A DNA stretch of 64,000 nucleotides from Candidatus Hydrothermales bacterium (GTDB taxonomy: Bacteria > Hydrothermota > Hydrothermia > Hydrothermales > JAJRUZ01). Shown here piece by piece: positions 20,701 through 29,364 of this stretch. The notes beneath the pieces are model-generated. The model made no database searches and was not told the DNA's origin. It saw only the letters and a list, made by a program, of their open reading frames with translations. The stretch spans positions 7,604 to 71,603 of the forward strand of contig JBCNUW010000007.1 in NCBI GenBank assembly GCA_039630575.1, read 5' to 3'. Both the position numbers and the translations under genes were made by a program. Position 1 is the stretch's first letter; every line of letters begins with the position of its first letter.

Positions 20701-22026
20701 ACTTTTTATATAGAAAATAAAATTTATGCTGACTTATTTTTTAGAAATACCTTAACCTGTATAACACCCGGTGAAAAATTTCCAGAAATAAATCTTTCTT
20801 ATACAAACGCTGGAGCGAGAGACGCAGATAGTTTCTATGTGTTTTGCGAAATTAAAACAAAAGGAGGCAAAATTTTAAAAAGTGACACCTTCTTTGTAGA
20901 TTGTTTAAAATCTCAAGAAACAAAAATTTTGAAAATTCCTGTTCCCTGCACAAGCTACTATTACTTATATTTAAACTTAGATATCAAAAATAATATAAAA
21001 GAACAAAACGAATTAAACAACGAAGATTCTGGTATAATACTAAATCCTTACATGTATGTTGATACACTTGGATATAAGGCTCAATACAATTTTAATAACA
21101 TGACATTTATTAGCGAATTTTATCCCTCCAAAAGTTTATCCATATACGAATTAAAGAGAACACAAGACAAAAGTATAAATGATTCAACTTTAAAAATACT
21201 CGTAATAAATGAAAAAAGAACAACTGACACAGTTGGCAAATTTTACTTTGAAAATGTTACAGAAAAAAAGGACGTTATGTTAAAAACTGATAGAGACTCT
21301 CTTTGGCATAGGATAGAAAGTATGTACGATTCAACAAATAAAAAAATTGAATTTCACTTACAAGAAATCGGAGAGATAGCACTTTTTAATTTAATAGACA
21401 AAAAGGGACCTGAAATTGAAGTATATATTAGAGACAGAAAAATTGATGATGATAGGTTTACAATATCAAAGTATTTAAACTTAAAGATCATATTAAAGGA
21501 TACTTCAGGTATTGATTTGATTTTTAAAAAACCTGAAATTATCCTTAATGGAAAGCCCCTTAACTATGAAAATTCAATAATTAAGGGAGAAAAAAAGACT
21601 ATAATAAATCTAAAAGAAGGACCGTTTAAAGAAGGAACATATCAACTCAAAATTGTGGCTTTTAATAATATGGGTATAAAGAGTGAAAAGAATTTAAAAG
21701 TTGAAGTATCTCTTCCTTTTGATTTAATATATTATGGAAACTATCCTAATCCTGCAAGAAATGGAAAAACAGTAATTTTTTATGAACTGACGAAAGATTC
21801 GGATGTAATGGAAATAAGCATTTTTACCATATCAGGAAAAATAATAAAGAAATTTATTACTGATGACGATGGAAACCCCTTAAACCTAAAGGGTAAACAT
21901 AAAGTAACTTGGAATTTAAGGGATGGATATGGAAACAGAGTTTCTAAAGGAGTTTACTTTATACTCCTTAGAGGGAAAAAAGACAGAAACCAAAAGAAAG
22001 TTGTAGGAAAGATAGCGGTTGAGTGA
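17695..22026 (+). CDS. Peptidase family C25 (gingipain/PorU-type) large secreted protein with T9SS/FlgD-Ig-like C-terminal domain
   Basis: 1443 aa. YLILVGDAS comes first, then the His/Cys dyad FNFIGHGG ... FTALSCWTGEF. His to Cys is 34 residues, close to gingipain spacing. C-terminus is NYPNPARNGKTVIFYEL..ISIFTISGKIIKKF..KVTWNLRDGYGNRVSKGVYFILLRG. Confidence 0.75.
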   Translation: MYLILTLFFHIGIFLIDDEIKNNIKILKEGYFGPYKIALGELKGKLNSNRKESKVLDFHGNILKKIALNFSQIEKAKTTNLLNFLENDTPISIPKEVILIYTKKEGLYSIKGYMLSSRGIRIDTINVDYITLLGREGKIPIITKGLKDGKFDPLDEIIFYARKLKGNNSYFDLYSFENTYILYFNRNLKIELPEENSKPDESLSVFKKGYFNFHFEEDIYFPDLDPAHSDTENIWFWKYLKENELETLKVSIPLAIDSNNYKLRLNFDTEEITGREPFHKIELKIGEQFIDSFFYTQREPYTIEKDIRGHILNSDSLIFIREKSKIPNYLNYIEIEGEFLLNAKKLKSLKFTLEEIDGNIEISGFTEKPLYFININQKNYTNFEIKNYLEAGKTYYSIKARLKESFLSEYYVTTEIFSPESIVLYRMEKDIKRERGANLVIIYHPDFKEFAESLAIYRSSPKGGSFNVKTFSIKDIYVQFNYGTKSPHSIRKFLKYFFIKKEPKLNYLILVGDASKDPRNIFKNSIEDKIPTFLFPSTFRQFETQAIFTGFFSSDFYYSNIIGNDPFPDIVVSRIPLQSKNEARIYFRKIKEYSEETFGVWRRHFILGTERKTGHLSDVYTQINNLLKSMMKKGMTYVEPDENETPENLISYLSDGCAIFNFIGHGGLHSIWGKAAFRQEDLWETRNYKKYYFFTALSCWTGEFGMVDSRGFGEEVLLIPDRGAIASISLSGSGKVPGNVNFDISSDYTKSIFIGYLRDSINRIGDLVLYSRMYILSRYTTLDEFTETTLKTSNLLGDPLILLPELHEVKLKSNKNYYSPSESATVYVQNPEVISGISTWEVIYQNLNDDIIHKDLYTNFFENSNVKIKFKIPDNITRAKVTVNLYAYDINLKKEIISNHKFSINLLNIDEINFKPDIYSDDTFRVYSVLSAPYSLKNCELWYTFNDTTVPYNLTRVNMVKIGPNSFKTDITLPPFNYEPGKRYFHYALIAVDTFFNSHFSDTFYIENKIYADLFFRNTLTCITPGEKFPEINLSYTNAGARDADSFYVFCEIKTKGGKILKSDTFFVDCLKSQETKILKIPVPCTSYYYLYLNLDIKNNIKEQNELNNEDSGIILNPYMYVDTLGYKAQYNFNNMTFISEFYPSKSLSIYELKRTQDKSINDSTLKILVINEKRTTDTVGKFYFENVTEKKDVMLKTDRDSLWHRIESMYDSTNKKIEFHLQEIGEIALFNLIDKKGPEIEVYIRDRKIDDDRFTISKYLNLKIILKDTSGIDLIFKKPEIILNGKPLNYENSIIKGEKKTIINLKEGPFKEGTYQLKIVAFNNMGIKSEKNLKVEVSLPFDLIYYGNYPNPARNGKTVIFYELTKDSDVMEISIFTISGKIIKKFITDDDGNPLNLKGKHKVTWNLRDGYGNRVSKGVYFILLRGKKDRNQKKVVGKIAVE

Positions 22027-22826
22027 TGAAGAAAAATTTTAGAGAAATAATTCTAAAAGAAAAAAATCCTTACAAGAAACTATCTAAACTTGTGGAAATT
22101 TTAAGAGAAAACTGTCCGTGGGATAAAAGGCAAACACTTTTTAGTTACAAAAGGGAACTTTTAGAGGAGTGTTATGAACTTATAAGTGCGATAAACTTTG
22201 ATGATAAGGATAAAATAAAAGAAGAAATGGGCGATCTAATTTTAACAATTTTTATGATGCTTGATGCTCTTGAGAGAGAGAAAATTGAAAAAAAAGAAAA
22301 AGTTATACAAAACGTTATAGATAAGATGATTAAAAAACATCCTCATGTTTTTGGAGATGAAAAACTTACTGAAAAAGAGTTTCTAAAGAAATGGGAACTA
22401 GATAAAAATGAAAAGGGACTTAAGATTGAGGATAAGGTCTTTCCTTCTTTACTTTTAGCAGAAAAATTATCCAAAAGGGCAGGAAGGATGGGCTTTGACT
22501 GGGAAAATGTTATAGATGTTATAGAAAAACTAAAAGAAGAAATAGATGAATTTAAAAAAGCAATTAAAAAAAATAAAAGGGAGGAAATTGAGGAAGAATT
22601 GGGAGACATTCTCTTTGTAATAACAAATATTGGAAGGCATCTTGGAATTTCTGCAGAAATTGCCTTATATAAAGTAAATGAAAAGTTTATAAGAAGGTTT
22701 AATGAAATGATCTTAATATCGGAGAAAAAAGGGAAAAAATTCCATAAACTAAATATAAAAGAGATGGATAAGTTATGGGAAAAAGCAAAAAATATAATTA
22801 AAAAGAAAGGAGAATTATATGAATAA
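22023..22826 (+). CDS. mazG: Nucleoside triphosphate pyrophosphohydrolase MazG (tandem MazG domains)
   Basis: 267 aa. Two EExGD-type motifs: LLEECYELISAI..EEMGDLIL and LKEEIDEF..EELGDILFVITNIGRHLGISAE. Has CPWDKRQT near the N-terminus. Confidence 0.85.
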   Translation: MMKKNFREIILKEKNPYKKLSKLVEILRENCPWDKRQTLFSYKRELLEECYELISAINFDDKDKIKEEMGDLILTIFMMLDALEREKIEKKEKVIQNVIDKMIKKHPHVFGDEKLTEKEFLKKWELDKNEKGLKIEDKVFPSLLLAEKLSKRAGRMGFDWENVIDVIEKLKEEIDEFKKAIKKNKREEIEEELGDILFVITNIGRHLGISAEIALYKVNEKFIRRFNEMILISEKKGKKFHKLNIKEMDKLWEKAKNIIKKKGELYE

Positions 22827-23361
22827 AAAATTTGGTATCTATATTGATGTTCAAAACTTACAAGCAACATTTGAGAAGTTTAACCAAAATGTAAGGTATG
22901 ATAAATTACTTGAATTTATAAAAAATAAATACGGAGAACCCTTTAAGGCTGTCTGCTTTGTTCCATATAATCCAGAAGATCAACATAGAAAAAGACTAAT
23001 AGATGCCCTAGCACTTATGGGCTATAGGGTTGTAACGAAATTAATAAAATACTTACCTGACGGATCTTTAAAAGCAAACATGGATCTTGAAATATGTCTT
23101 GAGATTATTAAAGCATCAAAGTACTTAGACACTATTATACTTGTAACTGGTGATGGAGACTTTGTTCCACTTGTAGAAGAACTAAATAGAGTTGGCTGTA
23201 GAGTAATAACAATTGGACCTATGAAAGGAGCTACTTCCCTTGAACTAATAAGAGTCTCCGATGAATACTACAACTTAAACGAAATAGATGAAACAGTAAT
23301 ACCAAGAAGTTTTACTCAGGATGATTCTTATGAATCAATAAAAAAAGAAGAAATCTATTGA
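22819..23361 (+). CDS. NYN-domain (LabA/DUF88-like) predicted RNase
   Basis: 180 aa. FGIYIDVQNL near the N-terminus and ILVTGDGDFVPLVEEL.. are characteristic acidic motifs of the NYN/LabA family. Good RBS (AAAGGAG). 8-nt overlap with mazG. Confidence 0.7.
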   Translation: MNKKFGIYIDVQNLQATFEKFNQNVRYDKLLEFIKNKYGEPFKAVCFVPYNPEDQHRKRLIDALALMGYRVVTKLIKYLPDGSLKANMDLEICLEIIKASKYLDTIILVTGDGDFVPLVEELNRVGCRVITIGPMKGATSLELIRVSDEYYNLNEIDETVIPRSFTQDDSYESIKKEEIY

Positions 23362-24302
23362 AAAAAATTTTACTCTCTTTTATTTTACTTTTAAATTGTA
23401 TTTATGAAAATTCCATATATTTTAAAGGTGAATATAACACCATAATACTTTCCTCAGGAAATTTAACAAGGGCAAAAGATCTAATCAAAAAAAATCTTGA
23501 AATTATACAATTTACTCCAAGAGAAGAAAAAATTTTAAATGTTTTTGATATAGACTCACTTGAAAAAAAAGATAAATTTTTATACAAACATTACATAATA
23601 GTTTCAACTCCATCCTCCGATAATTTTAAATTATTCAAAGAGATTTTTAAAGATATAAAAGAAAGTGGAATATATTTTAGGAATGATCCATTTTTAAGAG
23701 GATCATTTATAGTTGGAATATATGGCGAAAAAGAAGAGGAAATTTTAAATATTATTTCAAAAAAGGGGGATTTAATTTTTAATACGTTTTACGATAAGAT
23801 TATAGCTGATCTTAGAAAAATTGCATATTTTCCTGGAGAAAGAAAGGAATTTTCCGAAAGGGTATTTAAAAAAATTGGACTTAAAATTAAGGTACCAAAA
23901 GGCTACAGATTGTTTAAGGAAGGGGAAGATTATATAATTTTTAATACAAACTATCCAGATAGATTTGTTATGTTTTGGAAAATAAATTCAAAGGTTCATT
24001 TAGTTCCAGAAAAGGTAGTCGAATTGAGGAACAAAATAGCAAAAACAGTATATGCTGGTGACTCAGTTTTAACAAATTTTGTAAATTATAAATACTTAAA
24101 TTTAGACAATAAAAAGGCTTTATACGTCACAGGAGCTTGGGGAAACTTCAGTTTAAAAATTGGTGGTGGATTTGAATCTTTAGTTTTTGAAAAAAACGGA
24201 AAAACTTATTTCATTGATATTGGAATTTATGAACCAAAAAAATGGAAACTGAAATTTTTAAAAATTATGGAATCTTGGGCTTTTTACATAGAAAATGAAT
24301 AG
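23358..24302 (+). CDS. Hypothetical lipoprotein
   Basis: 314 aa. Lipobox-like signal MKKILLSFILLLNC. No motif that I can assign. It may belong to a Bacteroidota-type DUF family, but that is not verifiable here. Confidence 0.45.
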   Translation: MKKILLSFILLLNCIYENSIYFKGEYNTIILSSGNLTRAKDLIKKNLEIIQFTPREEKILNVFDIDSLEKKDKFLYKHYIIVSTPSSDNFKLFKEIFKDIKESGIYFRNDPFLRGSFIVGIYGEKEEEILNIISKKGDLIFNTFYDKIIADLRKIAYFPGERKEFSERVFKKIGLKIKVPKGYRLFKEGEDYIIFNTNYPDRFVMFWKINSKVHLVPEKVVELRNKIAKTVYAGDSVLTNFVNYKYLNLDNKKALYVTGAWGNFSLKIGGGFESLVFEKNGKTYFIDIGIYEPKKWKLKFLKIMESWAFYIENE

Positions 24303-25305
24303 AATTATAGAATTTCTTGAAAATCCAAAAAGCTATGAGGAAAAGACAGATTATGTAAAAAGAATAGAAACTCACATATCAATAGTTTTTCTAACATCTA
24401 AATTTGCCTATAAAATGAAAAAACCAGTAAACTTTGGATTTCTTGATTATACAACCCTTTCAAAAAGAAAATATTTCTGCGAAAAAGAAATAGAGCTAAA
24501 CAGAAGAATGGCTGAGGGAATATACCTTGGAACTGTATATATCGGAGAAGAAAATGATAAACTTTTTTTCAATAGAGGAAAAGAAATAGAATACCTTGTA
24601 AAGATGAAAAAAATTCCCGATGATACTCTTTTATCTTATAAAGTTGAAAAGAATTTAATTAAAAAGGAAGAAATATTCAAAGTAGGAGAATTTCTTGGTG
24701 AATTTCATCTTAAAGCTCAAAGTGATGAAAGGATAAGTGAATTTGGGACACCAGAAAATTTTAAAGTAAATACAGATGAAAACTTTGAACAAACAAAAGA
24801 TTTTGAAGAATATATACTTACAAAAAAAGATTTTCAGTTTATGAAGGAAAAAACAGAAAAATTCTATGAAAAATATTATGATTTAATGCTAAAGAGGGTA
24901 AAAGAGGGGAAAATTAAAGACTGTCACGGAGATATAAGACTTGAGCATGTTACTTTTTTTGAAAACAAAATAAGAATAATAGATTGTATAGAGTTTAATG
25001 AGAGATTTAGATTTGGAGATATTCTTCTTGACGCAGTATTTTTAAAAATGGAATTAGACAGTGTGGGGAAAAGTGAGCTCGGAGATGAGTTTATGAAAGG
25101 ATGGATTATTAAAACTGGTGAGAATTTTGACGAAATAAGACCCCTTTATTACTTTTATTTATCCTACAGAGCTTTTGTAAGAGCAAAGGTTACAGGATTT
25201 CTCTTAAAAGATCCTAATATTAAAGATAAGGATAAAATAATAGAAAAAAGTAAGAAACTTTTTTTGCTATCAAAAAGTTATATTGAAAATTCCTTTATAA
25301 TTTGA
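24295..25305 (+). CDS. Phosphotransferase-like protein (COG2187-type N-terminal domain, aminoglycoside-phosphotransferase fold)
   Basis: 336 aa. ETHISIVFLTSKFAYKMKKPVNFGFLDYTTLSKRKYFCEKEIELNRRMAEGIYLG matches the conserved N-terminus of that family. HGDIRLEHV is a kinase-like catalytic loop. It lacks the C-terminal P-loop module often fused in this family. Confidence 0.5.
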   Translation: MNRIIEFLENPKSYEEKTDYVKRIETHISIVFLTSKFAYKMKKPVNFGFLDYTTLSKRKYFCEKEIELNRRMAEGIYLGTVYIGEENDKLFFNRGKEIEYLVKMKKIPDDTLLSYKVEKNLIKKEEIFKVGEFLGEFHLKAQSDERISEFGTPENFKVNTDENFEQTKDFEEYILTKKDFQFMKEKTEKFYEKYYDLMLKRVKEGKIKDCHGDIRLEHVTFFENKIRIIDCIEFNERFRFGDILLDAVFLKMELDSVGKSELGDEFMKGWIIKTGENFDEIRPLYYFYLSYRAFVRAKVTGFLLKDPNIKDKDKIIEKSKKLFLLSKSYIENSFII

Positions 25306-25958
25306 ATTATAAAGTAATTTTGCCTTTTTTCTATACCTATAGTTGTTTTAGGTCCATGCCCAGGATAAATTTCAAAATCATCTGTAAAATTATCTATAAC
25401 ATATAAAATAGACCTTTTCATATCTTCAAAATTACTTTCTGGAAAATCAGTTCTTCCAATACTTCCAGAAAATATAAGGTCACCAGTAAAAATTTTATTA
25501 TCAACTACATAAACCATATGTCCTGGTGTGTGACCCGGTACACTATGAAAACTAACCTTCAATCTACCAAAACTTACTTTTTCTCCACCTTTGACCCAAA
25601 AATCGGGTTCTTTAAACTCACCTGGATCAAAACCCAAATAATTTTTTGTGAATTCTCTTGCTGAATAATAAAGATTCTTATCACCGTAAGGGACATATAA
25701 AGGGATTGAGTCTATATCTTCTATATAAGGTATTCCAAGAACATGATCAAAGTGAGAATGAGTTACCAAAATTGCTTTTAATTTTATATTATTTTTCTTT
25801 AAAATTGCTTTAACAGGCTCAAAATCACCACCTGGATCAACAATTATGGAATTTCCTTCTTTATCAAAGATAACATAGGTATTAACGTAAAGAGGAGGAT
25901 AAACAACCTTTTCTAATTTAATGTCTAAAATACCTTTCTTTAATAAAATAAAGTGCAA
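25278..25958 (-). CDS. MBL-fold metallo-hydrolase (glyoxalase II-like)
   Basis: 226 aa. THSHFDH motif, PGHTPGH and GRTDFP. The ORF-track TTG start overlaps the purH 3' end by 41 nt, so the start is uncertain. Confidence 0.75.
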   Translation of the reverse strand: MHFILLKKGILDIKLEKVVYPPLYVNTYVIFDKEGNSIIVDPGGDFEPVKAILKKNNIKLKAILVTHSHFDHVLGIPYIEDIDSIPLYVPYGDKNLYYSAREFTKNYLGFDPGEFKEPDFWVKGGEKVSFGRLKVSFHSVPGHTPGHMVYVVDNKIFTGDLIFSGSIGRTDFPESNFEDMKRSILYVIDNFTDDFEIYPGHGPKTTIGIEKRQNYFIIQIIKEFSI

Positions 25959-27381
25959 TATCGTTTTCCTCAGCAGCTTTAATTATCTCTTCGTCTCTTA
26001 TAGAACCTGAAGGAGAAACGATTGCAACAATACCCTCCTCGTAAGCCTTATCAATTGAGTCTCTAAATGGAAAAAAACCATCGGATGCTAATACTGCCCC
26101 AACTGTAGAAAGTCCAAAGGACTTTGCCTTTGAAATGGCAATCTCTAATGCTCTTACCCTTGAAGGCTGTCCAGAACCAATACCTAAAGTTCTTTTTGCT
26201 TTAGCTACACATATAGCATTTGATTTAACATATTTAACAACCTTTAGTGCAAAAAATAAATCCTCCAATTCAGATTCAGAAGCTTTTTTTATCGTTTTTA
26301 ATTCCCATTTATCAGGTGGAATTGTACCTTTCATCCTATTCTGATAAAGAATAAAAGAAAAAACACTTTTTATTTCATAATCAGGAACATAAAGTTTACT
26401 TGAATCTATGACTCTTAAATTTTTTTTATCCTTAAACATATCCAAAACACCTTCCTCAAAAGAGGGTGCAACAACCATCTCAAAGAAACTTGATAAAATT
26501 CTCTCACAGGTAATTTTATCAACAGGAGTGTTAAATGCTAAAACACCACCAAAAGAAGACTCAGGATCAGAAAGATAAGCCCTTTCAAAGGCTTCATCAG
26601 GAGATTCACCACAGGCAACAGCACAAGGTGAGGAATGTTTTACAATAACACAGGTGGGTTCTTCAAATTCTGAAACACATAAAAAGGCAGTTTCCAAATC
26701 AAGTAAATTGTTGTAGGAAAGTCTTTTACCCTGAAGTGGTTCAATGGATTCTTTACCAAAAACAACTCCAATTTGCTGTGGATTCTCACCATAACGCAAT
26801 TCGTAAATTTTCTTTCCAGCTAAAGATAAATATTCAGGAATCACACCTACTTTACTTCTAAAGAATTCAGAGATGGTAGCATCATAAAAAGTTATGTATT
26901 CAAAGGCTTTAGAGGCAAAGAAAAACCTATCATTTAATGTGATACCTTTCTCATATTTTTCAATAAATAACTCATAATCAGAAGGATCAACTATAGGGAT
27001 TACTCTTTGTATATTTTTACATGCAGCCCTTACCAAATTCACACCTCCAATGTCAATAAACTCATAAATTTCATCCTCTGATTTTAACTCTTTTAACTTT
27101 TCATAAAAGGGATAAAAATTAACTATAACAACTTCAAAAACCTCTTCCTTTTTATCAAGTATTTTTTGTAAAATTAAAGGATGAAGTGTTTTAATTCTTC
27201 CTTGAGCAATACCCTCTGTATCAATACCAAGATCATCAAGACCTTTAACAATTATACCCTTTTCTTCAAGATACTTTTTTGTTCCAGATGTGGCATAAAC
27301 TTCAAATTTCCTTTCTATAAGAAACTTTGAAATTAATTCTATTTTCGATTTATCGTAAACTGAAATTAGTGCTTTTTTCAT
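25918..27381 (-). CDS. purH: Bifunctional AICAR formyltransferase / IMP cyclohydrolase
   Basis: 487 aa. The MGS-like N-terminal domain is MKKALISVYDK..ATSGT..GRIKTLHP. The C-terminal AICARFT part has VVKHSSPCAVA, GIGSGQPSRV and ASDGFFPFRD. Confidence 0.92.
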   Translation of the reverse strand: MKKALISVYDKSKIELISKFLIERKFEVYATSGTKKYLEEKGIIVKGLDDLGIDTEGIAQGRIKTLHPLILQKILDKKEEVFEVVIVNFYPFYEKLKELKSEDEIYEFIDIGGVNLVRAACKNIQRVIPIVDPSDYELFIEKYEKGITLNDRFFFASKAFEYITFYDATISEFFRSKVGVIPEYLSLAGKKIYELRYGENPQQIGVVFGKESIEPLQGKRLSYNNLLDLETAFLCVSEFEEPTCVIVKHSSPCAVACGESPDEAFERAYLSDPESSFGGVLAFNTPVDKITCERILSSFFEMVVAPSFEEGVLDMFKDKKNLRVIDSSKLYVPDYEIKSVFSFILYQNRMKGTIPPDKWELKTIKKASESELEDLFFALKVVKYVKSNAICVAKAKRTLGIGSGQPSRVRALEIAISKAKSFGLSTVGAVLASDGFFPFRDSIDKAYEEGIVAIVSPSGSIRDEEIIKAAEENDIALYFIKERYFRH

Positions 27382-27403
27382 ATTTTAAATTATAAAATAA
27401 GTA

Positions 27404-29293
27404 ATGAAAAAAATTCTCGAAGGCAAACTTGAAGTTAAAAAAAAGGGTTATGGATTTCTCATTGTTAAAGAAGGAAAGGATATATTTATACCAAAAAATA
27501 ACTTAGGCGGAGCTAAAGATGGAGATATCGTAAAGGTAGTAATTACAAAATCTTTAAAAGAAAGACCCGAGGGAAAAGTTTTAGAAGTAGTAAAGAGGGC
27601 TGAAAAAAGATACTCTGGGACACTTTGGAAAAAGTATAAAGATACTTTTATTGAACCAGACGATGAGACAATTCCTACGAAAATTATTCCTATCGAAAAT
27701 GTAAAAGAAATACCATCAGGAAATAAAGTAACATTTGTTCTCACCGAAAAAGGAACAGCTAAAAAAATAAAAGATATTGGTAAACCTGAAGAGAGTGAGA
27801 CAGCATTCAATTTAGTAAAAAATCTGTATAACTTACCTGAAGAATACGAAAAAAATTTCCTTGATGAAAATAAAATTAAAAAACTTATAAGGGAAGAAAT
27901 AAAAAAACGAAAAGACTTAAGAAATTTGCAAACTTTTACTATTGATCCATACAATGCTAAAGATTTTGATGACGCAATAAGTGCTGTAAAATACAGGGAC
28001 GGATACGAACTATTTGTTCATATAGCAGACGTATCTTTTTTCGTTCCACTTGAATCAAAACTTTTTAATGAAGCTTTTGAAAGAGGCACAAGTTATTATC
28101 TTTTAAACAGGGTTATACATATGCTACCGAGAGAACTTTCTGAGAAATTCTGTTCTCTTCAACCTGGGAAAATTAGGCTTTGTAAAACTGTTCATATTTT
28201 ACTTGATAAGAAAGGAAGGGTGAAAAAATTTAATTTTTACGATTCAATAATAAAATCTAAAAAAAGATTTAATTACGAAGAAGCTCAAGATATACTGGAA
28301 GGAAAAATAAAAATTTTAGATAAGGAAATTTTAAATTCTTTGAAAACAGCTGAAGAAATATCAAAATTACTAAAAGAAAAAAGAAGAAAAAGACTATCTC
28401 TTGATTTTGATGTTCCTGAACCAGAAATACTTTTTGATGAAGATGGAAAAGTCAAACTCGTACGTCTTGAAAGGGCGGTGTTTACACATTCATTAATTGA
28501 AGAATGCATGATAATGGCAAATCTAGCCGTTGCAAAATTTTTCCACCAAAAAAAATTACCACTCATCTATAGAATTCACGAAAGCCCTGATAGAAAAAAA
28601 CTTTTAGATTTGAAAAAAAGCTTAAGCACCATATTAAAAGATGAAAAATATAAAAAAATATTTGAAAAAGAAGAATTTGACATAAGAAGTATCCTTGATA
28701 TAATAGATGCTGTAAAAGGAAATAAGGAAGAAATAATAGTAATTAAAAAGATCTTAAAGGCAATGAAACAGGCAAGGTATTCTCTAAAAAACATAGGACA
28801 CTTTGGCCTTAAACTACCCTTTTATACTCATTTTACATCTCCAATAAGAAGATTAGCTGATCTGACAAATCATAACCTTTTGAACATAATTAATAAAAAT
28901 ATGATAGATAAATACCCACATGAAGAAAAACTCTGGGAAATAGCAGAAAGAGCATCAGAAACAGAGAGAGTTGCACAAAAAGCAGAGTGGGATATTGTTG
29001 ATATGAAAATACTTGAACATTTAAAAAATAATATTGGAAAGAGTACAAAGGGAATTATAACAGAAATAAAAAGCAACGGTTTTTTTGTGTATATCCCTGA
29101 ATTTTATTTTGAGGGCTTTGTTGAAAAAAACCTTTTACCTTTCAAAGCAAGATTTGATCTTGAAAACAAGAAAATTCATCTTAAAAAAGGGAAAAAAATA
29201 TCTTTAGGAGATTACGCGAAGGTTTTAATAAATAAAGTTGATATATTCAAAAAAAAATTGTTCTTAATTTTTCTTAATCTTGAAAAACCCTAA
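27404..29293 (+). CDS. rnr: Ribonuclease R / RNase II family exoribonuclease
   Basis: 629 aa. The N-terminal OB region is KKGYGFLI. The RNB domain has FTIDPYNAKDFDDAIS, HIADVS and HFGL..YTHFTSPIRRLADL. The C-terminal part is S1-like. Confidence 0.88.
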   Translation: MKKILEGKLEVKKKGYGFLIVKEGKDIFIPKNNLGGAKDGDIVKVVITKSLKERPEGKVLEVVKRAEKRYSGTLWKKYKDTFIEPDDETIPTKIIPIENVKEIPSGNKVTFVLTEKGTAKKIKDIGKPEESETAFNLVKNLYNLPEEYEKNFLDENKIKKLIREEIKKRKDLRNLQTFTIDPYNAKDFDDAISAVKYRDGYELFVHIADVSFFVPLESKLFNEAFERGTSYYLLNRVIHMLPRELSEKFCSLQPGKIRLCKTVHILLDKKGRVKKFNFYDSIIKSKKRFNYEEAQDILEGKIKILDKEILNSLKTAEEISKLLKEKRRKRLSLDFDVPEPEILFDEDGKVKLVRLERAVFTHSLIEECMIMANLAVAKFFHQKKLPLIYRIHESPDRKKLLDLKKSLSTILKDEKYKKIFEKEEFDIRSILDIIDAVKGNKEEIIVIKKILKAMKQARYSLKNIGHFGLKLPFYTHFTSPIRRLADLTNHNLLNIINKNMIDKYPHEEKLWEIAERASETERVAQKAEWDIVDMKILEHLKNNIGKSTKGIITEIKSNGFFVYIPEFYFEGFVEKNLLPFKARFDLENKKIHLKKGKKISLGDYAKVLINKVDIFKKKLFLIFLNLEKP

Positions 29294-29308
29294 AAAAAAA
29301 TGTATTAT
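29280..29308 (+). promoter_or_regulatory. Candidate sigma70-type promoter for the Hsp20 gene
   Basis: TTGAAA (29280-29285), 17-nt spacer, TATTAT (29303-29308) with TG immediately upstream. Lies 57 nt before the hsp20 ATG. The AT-rich background makes chance matches common. Confidence 0.3.
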
Positions 29309-29364
29309 TATAACACACTTTCTGACAAAAAATTAATGGGTTCTATTCCCTATTTTCAATTAGT

